DNA of 32,000 nucleotides from contig NZ_CP076723.1 of assembly GCF_018986915.1 (NCBI RefSeq), positions 3,964,228 through 3,996,227 on the forward strand, in the 5' to 3' direction. Shown one piece after another: positions 1 to 7,400 of this stretch. The notes below the pieces were generated by a model. The model did no database searches, was not told the DNA's origin, and was given only the letters and a program-made list of their open reading frames with translations. A program made the translations under genes and the position numbers. Numbering within the stretch: position 1 is the stretch's first letter; each line of letters starts with the position of its first letter. Source of the stretch: Geomonas oryzisoli. Its GTDB lineage: Bacteria > Desulfobacterota > Desulfuromonadia > Geobacterales > Geobacteraceae.

Positions 1-1277
1 ACCGGGTTGCCGTCCTGGAACATGATGGCGGGGATGGGGCCGGAGGGAGGATCGTAGACCCTGGTGACGGTCTCGGCGCCGGCGTCCTCGGGACAGAGCT
101 GCGGCTCGTCGGACAGTTCCTGGAGGGCGTCGTCGTGCCAGAACTCCACCGCGACGCGCCGGTTCAGCGCCCTCCCCTGCGGGGTGTCGTTGGAGGCCAC
201 CGGTTGCGTGGCGCCCTTCCCCTCGCTCTCGAAGGAGACCGGGGCACCCTTCAGGGCGTCCTGCACGGCGAGGGCGACGCGCCGGGCGACCGCCTTGGAG
301 AGTCCCGTCTGGTCGCCGTAGATGCGCTCGTCCCGCTCCGCCAGCGGCGTGGTGTCGCTGTAGGCGATGAACTTCACGGCGACGTGCTGCTTGCCGGAGA
401 GGTTGTTGAGCGCCTGCCTGATCTGGCGCGGGAACTCATCCGGCACGGAGACGAGGGCCGCGTCGTACTGCAGGGGGGCGACGAGGTTCTTGATCCGGAC
501 CCGGTGCGAGAGCCCTTCCTTGTAGCGCATCTTGCAGACCGTTTCGGTTCGGCAGATCTTGACCCGGTTCACCTGCGCCGGGACGATCACTTCCCTTTCC
601 ACCATCTTCTCGCCGATCTCGTCGTACCAGACCTCGACCTCAACCCGCCGGTTCAGGGCCCTCCCCTCCTCGGTGGCGTTGGAGGCGACCGGCTTGGCGT
701 CGCCCATCCCCTCGTAGGAGATCGCCTCCGGCGGAAGCCCCAGGGCGCGCTGGCAGTATTCTGCCGTGGTGCCGGCTCGCTCGCGGGACAGCCCGGTGTT
801 GTCGCCGAATTTCCCCTGCAGCGCCCCGCTCAGGCGCTGGCTGTCGGCGTGCCCCACGAAGTGGAGCCGGACGTTGGCGCGGCCGCGCATCTTCTCGAGC
901 ACGCCGCGCAGAAGCTCCAGGTACTCCCGGGTGATCTCCGCCTCGCCGGTGCGGAAGCGGATGGGGGGCACCAGGTCGGTCAGCTTGACCGTCTTCACGT
1001 CCTTCTCGGCGACCTTGCGCTTTTCGGTGCGGTCCCCCTGGTCCTGCGCAAACACGGACGGGTCGAGAAGCCACGGGGTATAGGTCGCTTCCTTGGGCAG
1101 ATGCCCCTCGGTCGTCTCACCGCGACCGGCGGCGTCCCGGACGTTGGGGGTCGTGGCCGCCGGCACGGCGGCAGCCTTGGCGACCGGCGCGGGTGTGCTC
1201 TCCGCACGGGCCGCGGGCCCGGCTGCGGCCAACGACACCAGGATCATGAATGTAAGGGCGATACGTCGCTTCACCAT
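1..1277 (-). CDS. OmpA/MotB-family envelope protein with two tandem OmpA_C-like peptidoglycan-binding domains; partial, C-terminus lies beyond the window start
   Basis: Absent from the ORF track because it has no stop in the window. The minus-strand frame is open from ATG 1277 (alternative in-frame ATG at 1286) to base 1; I checked that no TCA/TTA/CTA falls in that phase. The translation starts MVKRRIALTFMILVSLAAAGPAARA (signal peptide). It contains two OmpA-C signatures: ...VRLHFVGHADSQRLSG...GLSRERAGTTAEY...NATEEGRALNRRVEVEVWY and ...VKFIAYSDTTPLAERDERIYGDQTGLSKAVARRVALAV...NDTPQGRALNRRVAVEFWHDD. Confidence 0.8.
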   Translation of the reverse strand, partial: MVKRRIALTFMILVSLAAAGPAARAESTPAPVAKAAAVPAATTPNVRDAAGRGETTEGHLPKEATYTPWLLDPSVFAQDQGDRTEKRKVAEKDVKTVKLTDLVPPIRFRTGEAEITREYLELLRGVLEKMRGRANVRLHFVGHADSQRLSGALQGKFGDNTGLSRERAGTTAEYCQRALGLPPEAISYEGMGDAKPVASNATEEGRALNRRVEVEVWYDEIGEKMVEREVIVPAQVNRVKICRTETVCKMRYKEGLSHRVRIKNLVAPLQYDAALVSVPDEFPRQIRQALNNLSGKQHVAVKFIAYSDTTPLAERDERIYGDQTGLSKAVARRVALAVQDALKGAPVSFESEGKGATQPVASNDTPQGRALNRRVAVEFWHDDALQELSDEPQLCPEDAGAETVTRVYDPPSGPIPAIMFQDGNP

Positions 1278-1376
1278 TGGTCCCATCCATCTACCCAAAC
1301 AGGTTAGGTTCTCTTGCTGTCCCAATATCAATGCAGGTCACCGATCTTTAGCTGCACAGGTTTCTGCGCTTCCGTT

Positions 1377-1457
1377 CCCTCCCCCGGAGGGGGAGGGTTA
1401 GGGAGGGGGATCGCCGGAAGATTCCCCCCCTCCCGACCTCCCCCCTCCGGGGGGAGG
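1377..1457. repeat. C/G-tract hairpin repeat cluster (REP-like) between the giant gene and the OmpA gene
   Basis: Perfect palindrome CCCTCCCCCGGAGGGGGAGGG at 1377-1397, followed by TTAGGGAGGGGGA. A second hairpin CCTCCCCCC-TCC-GGGGGGAGG lies at 1437-1457. Both sit in the 207-nt gap between stop 1485 and start 1277. Confidence 0.6.
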
Positions 1458-1484
1458 AGCCCGCGCTTCTTACCGTCTGCTGCA

Positions 1485-4400
1485 TCACGGCGGCGCCCCC
1501 CGGCGCCAGAACACCTCGGTCTCGATGGTGAGCGGGTAGCCGTCCCCCCACTTGCCGGAGATCTCCGCCTTGAGCGCCTTGAGGCGCCGCTCCACCAGGG
1601 CCTTGCTCTCCACCTCGGCGAGGTAGGAAAGCCTGAGCACCGCCGGGGCCTTGCGCAACTCCTTCAAAAGGAGGTCGATCCGCGGCTGCCACTGCCTGCG
1701 CAGCCTGGTTCCGTTGGGTTCGAAGGCGCCGTCGGCGACGTCCAGGGAGACCACGTGGTGGATGGCGGCGCCGAAGTTGAAGCGCAGCATCTTGCCCCGT
1801 GTCGCCCGCTGCACCTGGGGGTTCTCGCCGGTGACGCGGTACCCGGTAGGGAGGGTGCGCTCGTCGAGCTTGAGGATGAAGTTGCTGCCCCGGTCCTGGT
1901 CCGGGACCATCGCGCAGGTGATGTGGAAGCGGCCGAACTCGTCGGTGGTGGCGACGAGCCCCCGGGCGGTCACGGCGCGCACACCGGCGAGCCCCTTTTC
2001 TCCCTGGTCCGGGTAGCCGTTGGTGTTGACGTCGTCAAACACCTTGCCGATCACGTCGGTGCAGTCGAGGTCCGCATCGGGGATGACGCGGACGGTCGCC
2101 GAGGCGACCCCGGAGGCGACGCTGTCGGTGATGTTGCTCAGCACCTGGGCGCGGTTCACGTACTCCCCTTCGGAGACGCCGGAGCCGACGATCATGAGGA
2201 AGGTGATGCTGTGGCTGGTGCTGCTGGTGAGCTGCGAGATGTTCCAGGTCATCTGGCGCGTGTTCTGCGTCGGCTCCGCCTTGCGGCCGTCCAGGCGCGC
2301 CGACCCCGCCACGTACTTGAATCCCGCCGGGAAAGTGTCCACCACGCTCAGGTCCCTGAGGGTCGCCCCCAGGGTGTTGTTGAGGGTGATGGTGTAGGGG
2401 ACCAGGGTGCCGCGCGACACGTCGGTCACGGCCGCGGTCTTGGTGATGGCGATCGCCGTGTTGAGCGTGGGATCGACGGCGATGTGGTTGTTGTAGATCT
2501 GGCTGTAGCCGGGCTGCAGGTTGTCCAGGGTAAGCCGCAGGTAATAGGCGGTAGCGGCGCCGGGGAGGACGGAGGTGCCGGGCGCCAGGTCGGAGGCCTG
2601 CGCCTCGCAGTACCCGGCCGTGGTCGGCACCGCGTCGAAGGCGCCGCCGGGGCAGGAGGGTACCGCGAAGGAGGCGGTGCTGTCGCTGGAGGCCGGGGGC
2701 ACCAGTTTCGAGACGCCCGCCGTGTACCCGGATGCCGGCGGCGTCACCTGGATCAGGTAATCCCCGCCGGAGGGGCAGGAAGGATCGCTGAAGTTGAGGT
2801 CGAACTTGTAGAGGCCGCTGGCCGTGGTGACCTGCCCCTGCTGCACCGGGTCATTGAAGCAGCTCGCGGCGAGAGCTGTCCTGCTTGCCGCCTGGACCAT
2901 GGTCAGCGTCGCGCCCGGCACCGGGGTGCGGACGATGGAGTTGTAGACCACGCCGTTGGGGGTGAGCGGCAGGTTCAGCCCCTGCAGCAGCGTCCCCCCT
3001 CCGGCCACGATGTCGGAGATGCGCTGCATGCCGTTGGTGAAGGGAGAGCTGCACCATCCCAAGAGGGCGGTGGCGGCGCCGGCGCCCGGCGCGCGGAAGC
3101 GGAGTTCATACCTGATCGCGGTGCCGGCGTTGGGGGTCACCCCGCTGAAGCGGTAGGAGCCGTCGGCGGAGCTGTTCACCGTCCCCACCGCGCGGCCGTC
3201 CTGGTACAGCTCCACCGCCCACCCCGCCGACGGGATCTCGCCGCCGTCAAGGACGTTGTCGTGGTTCGCGTCCTGCCACACCGAGCCGGCGAGGCTCGCA
3301 CTCCCCGGCATGCCGCCCACGGTGACCGCGGTCCCGGCGCTCGCCACCCGGGTGGGGGTGTCCCAGCTCGCCTGGGCGGTGTTGTTGACCACGCTGCCGC
3401 TGGACACGGTGGCGTTCAGCTTCACCTGGAAGCGCAGCGCGACGGAAGCACCCGGCGCCAGGGCGCCGTGGCTCGCGCCGTAGTTGGCAGTCAGGACCGG
3501 CGCCGCGTAACTGACCCCGCTGGAGGAGCCGTTCATGACAGCGGAGCCGGAGAGGTAGCTCCCCTGGGGCAGCAGCGGGGTCAGGTCGTCGGTCAGCACC
3601 ACGCCCGTAGCCGGGACCTGCCCTATGTTGGTGGCGCGCACCGTGTATTCCAGGATGCTCCCCGGCAGCGCGGCACCGCCGCCGACCACCACGGCGGACT
3701 TGGTGATGCTGAGCTGCTGGGCGTTCCCCACCGCGATCACCGTGGGCTGGTAGCCGTTGGCGGGGGTGCCGTCGGAGTCGGTGGCAAGCAGCGGCAGTTC
3801 CGCGCTGGCGACGCTCCCCTGGTTGCTGATCACGGTACCCGCAGCGACTCCCTGGTTGACCTGGACCTTGAAGGTTACGACACCGGTGCCGCCTGCCGCG
3901 AGTGTCCCGGCGGTCGCGGGGGGCGCGGGCGGGGTGACTCCCGGGGAGACGACACCGATGCCGTTGGTGAGGGGGGAAACTCCGGCCGCCGCGTCGGCTA
4001 CCGCCGCACCGTTCAGGCGTACGCTGTTCGGGACGTAGGTGGTGTTGGCGGGGATGGCGTCGGTGAACAGCACGCCGGTCGCGGGTGGCGCCCCCGAGTT
4101 GGTCATGGTGATGGTGTACTGGAGCTCGTCGCCGGGATCGACCAGGCCGTCGCCGTTGGCGTCGGCGACGAGCTGGACCGTCTTCAGCGCGTAGAGAAGC
4201 GGCAGGTTGCCGACGATCACGGTGGTCGGATCGTTGGGCACCGGCGTCGCCGGGTTGTCGGAAGCCTCTTCCGGGAACGGGCCGCTTGCCGCACCGGTCC
4301 CGGCCAGGAAGGCCTGATTGGAGATGAGGGTCCCGGCCACGACGCTCCTGCTGATCCTGACCTCGAAGGTGACGGTGGCCACGTTGCTCGCGGTACCGGC

Positions 4401-7400
4401 GGCCGCGGGCATGGTGCCCGGCACCGGGTTCGCGGGCGAGTTGACCGTCATACCCCCCTGCAGCGGGCTCGCAGCGCCGACGTCCGCCACCGGCTTGCCG
4501 TTCAGGGTGGTGCTGTTGGGGACATAGGCGGTGTTCGCGGGGACCTGGTCGCGCAGCGTGACCCCGGTCGCGTTCTCGGTGCCGTCGTTCTTGACGGTGA
4601 TGGTGTAGCGCAGCGTATCGCCCGCCTTGACCGTGGCGCTCCCGGAGGTAACGTCCCTGACCGTCTTCTGGAGCAGGAACCGCGGAGCCGACGCGATGAC
4701 GGTCCGGGTCGGGTCGGCCGTCCCCGGCAGCGAGGGGTCGTCGCTCAACTGCGACGGCAGCAGGGGGGACGCGACCTGCGCCTGGTTCTGCACCAGCGAA
4801 CCGCTGTCGAGCACCGGCGCCAGGGTGTCCTGGAACTCGACCAGCAGCACGTCACCCGCCTGCCCCTGCGGGGCCACGGTCAGGTTGCCGACGCTCACCA
4901 CCCCGGTCCCCTTGCCACCGCCGTTGACCGAGGTGGCGGCGACGTTCGCGCCGGCCGGGACGCTCAACAGCTTCAGCGTTCCGGGTGCGAACATGGCGGT
5001 CGCGTTCAGCTTGTCGAGTTCGTCGGTCAGGGTGAAGTTCGCCGCGCCCAGGGCGCCCACGTTGCGGATGGTGAGGGTGTACTTGAGGGTGTCGCCGGGC
5101 CTCGCGTTGGCACCGGACTGCCCGGTCGTTGCGTTCTGCACGGTCTTGGTGAAGCTCAAAAGCGGCGCCTGGGTGGTCACGGTGAAGGCGTCCTGGCTGT
5201 CGAGTACCCCGGGGGTGCCGTTGGTCAGCGCGGCGGTCGTGGCCTGTATATCCCCTGTAGCGGTGACCGCAGGGTCGGCGCTCAGCCACCTGGTGGCGCC
5301 CGCCACGTTGGTGAGGGTGATCCCCCCCGCCGTGTAGGGGTCGAGCGAGGCGCTGTACGTCACCAGCAGTCGCTCTCCCGGCGCGATGGCCGCCGCGGAC
5401 GACTTCATGGCGACGGTCATGGTGCAGGCGGGCGCGGGGGCGAAGCCCACGGTGAAGTCGGTGCCGTTCACGAGGTTCGCCGAGACGGGGGTGACCCCGT
5501 CGGCCTGGTAGACGCGCGCCGTGACGCCGGTCGGCGCCGAGCCGCACATGCTCCCCGGGGCGGGGGTGGTCACGCTGGGGAGGAGGTCGGTGAGGGTGGC
5601 CTGCCACGCGGTGCTGCCGCCGGTATTCTGGACGTTGAGCGTGAACAGGCCCGGGGCGAGCGCGTTGATGGTGGCCGGTCCGCTCTTTTGCACGGTCAGC
5701 GCGGGGCCGACGATGATGATCGCGGCGCTGGCGCCCGGCGCGCCGTTGGCCTGGGTGGCGGGGGTGCTGTTGACGCCGTTGTAGGTGTAGGTCGCCGTGT
5801 TCTGGAACTGCTTGCCGAGCGTGTTGGCGGCGGAATTGGTGAGCAGCACGGTGACGTTGATCACGGCCTGCTGGCCGGCCGGTATGTCGATGCCGCTGCC
5901 GCTGTCCTGGATCACGAGGCTCGTGGCGCTGCCGCTGTTGACCGGGGTGAAGGCAGGGCCGGAAACCCGCTGGACGCTCACGAAGCGCAGGTCCACCCCG
6001 GTCGCCGCGGCGCTCAAGTCGTCCAGGATGCGCACGTCGTACATGGCGGTGGGCTGAGGCACCGCGGGAACGGTGATGGTGTAGCCGAAGGGGCGGCCGA
6101 TGGCGGCGCTGGTCACCTGGGCCTGCTTCGAGAGCGCCGTGGCCGCCGCGGTGGTGAGCTGCACGGTGGCCGCGCTGGTCGGGCCGTAGAGCTGGCGGTT
6201 GGCGGGTACGCTCGCCGCCGGGATGTCCTGGCTGTCGAAGGAGTAGTAGCCGGTCACCTGCGCCTGGTTGTTCAGGGTCACCCCGGCGCCCAGCCCCGCG
6301 TCCCCCTTCACCTGGTAGGTCACCTGCAGGGTCTGCCCCGGGGGGACCGCGTAGAGCCCCGCCGAACCGGCCGCGTCGAAATTCCAGGTGGCGATACCGC
6401 TGGCCGCGCTGTAGCTCGGGGCGAGCGTGGGCAGGGTGGCGCTGGTCGTGCCGGTGGCGCTGTCCACGAGCGTGACGCCGGTGGTGGTGACGCCCCCCTG
6501 GCGCAGGCCGACCGGCAGGGTGTCGGCGAGGACCGGGTCGTAGGCCGGGGCGGTACCGCTGTTGGCCATCCTGACGGTGTAGGTGATCGCCTCGCCGGCG
6601 CTGATCACCGTGCCGCCGCCTGCCGTGGCCGCGCTCTTGGTGACGTTCAACAGCGGTTGCCAGACGTTCAAGGTGGCGCCGGAGTTCTTCGGGGTCGCGG
6701 CCACGCCGTTGATGGCGTAGTTGAGCGTGGCGCTGTTGACGAGCTGCTGCGCCGTCGGGGACTGCGCCAGCGCGTTCTTGACCACGTGGGCGCGGTACTG
6801 GATGGTGAGCGTGTTGTTCGCCGCGTTGTTGTCGGCCGTGTTGACGACGTTGCCCAGGTTCCAGGTCAGGGTGCCGGTGGCGCCGGGCGCTGGCTGGGAG
6901 GAGACCGTGTAGCTGAAATTGCCGCTCCCCGAGGCGGGGGCGATGCTCACCAGGGCGTCGTAGGCGAGGCCGGCCGGGAGCTGGTCGGTGAGCACCACGT
7001 TCTGCGTGGTCCCTTCCCGCAGGGTGAGGGCAAGGTTGTAGACCACGGTATCGCCCACCCGCACGGTCGCGTCGGTCGCACTCCCCGGTGCGGCGCTCCA
7101 GGAATCGGAGACCACGGTTTTGGCGAGGGCGGTCGGGTCCAGCGAGGAGACGGTGGCGGAGACCGGGCCGGAACAGTAGTTGTTGGGAAGGGTGGTGGCG
7201 GGGCAGCCGGCGCCTGTGCGTTCGCCGGGGACCGAGCCGGAGAGCGAGGTCCAGTCGACGTAGACGTCGTTGGTGATGGGGGCGCCGCTGGTCTCCAGCA
7301 CGGTCACCAGGTAGCTCAGCACCAGGGTCCCGCCGGCCGGGATGTCCAGGCTCGCGTCGCCGTTTTGGCTCCCCCAGTCCACGGCGCCGCTGGGAAGAGC

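Noticed and set aside
135-1307. A 390-aa plus-strand ORF and a 144-aa minus-strand ORF (640..1074) at the left edge
   Set aside because: The real gene here is the minus-strand OmpA-family ORF in another frame, which is open to the window edge and so missing from the track. The listed ORFs have junk composition.
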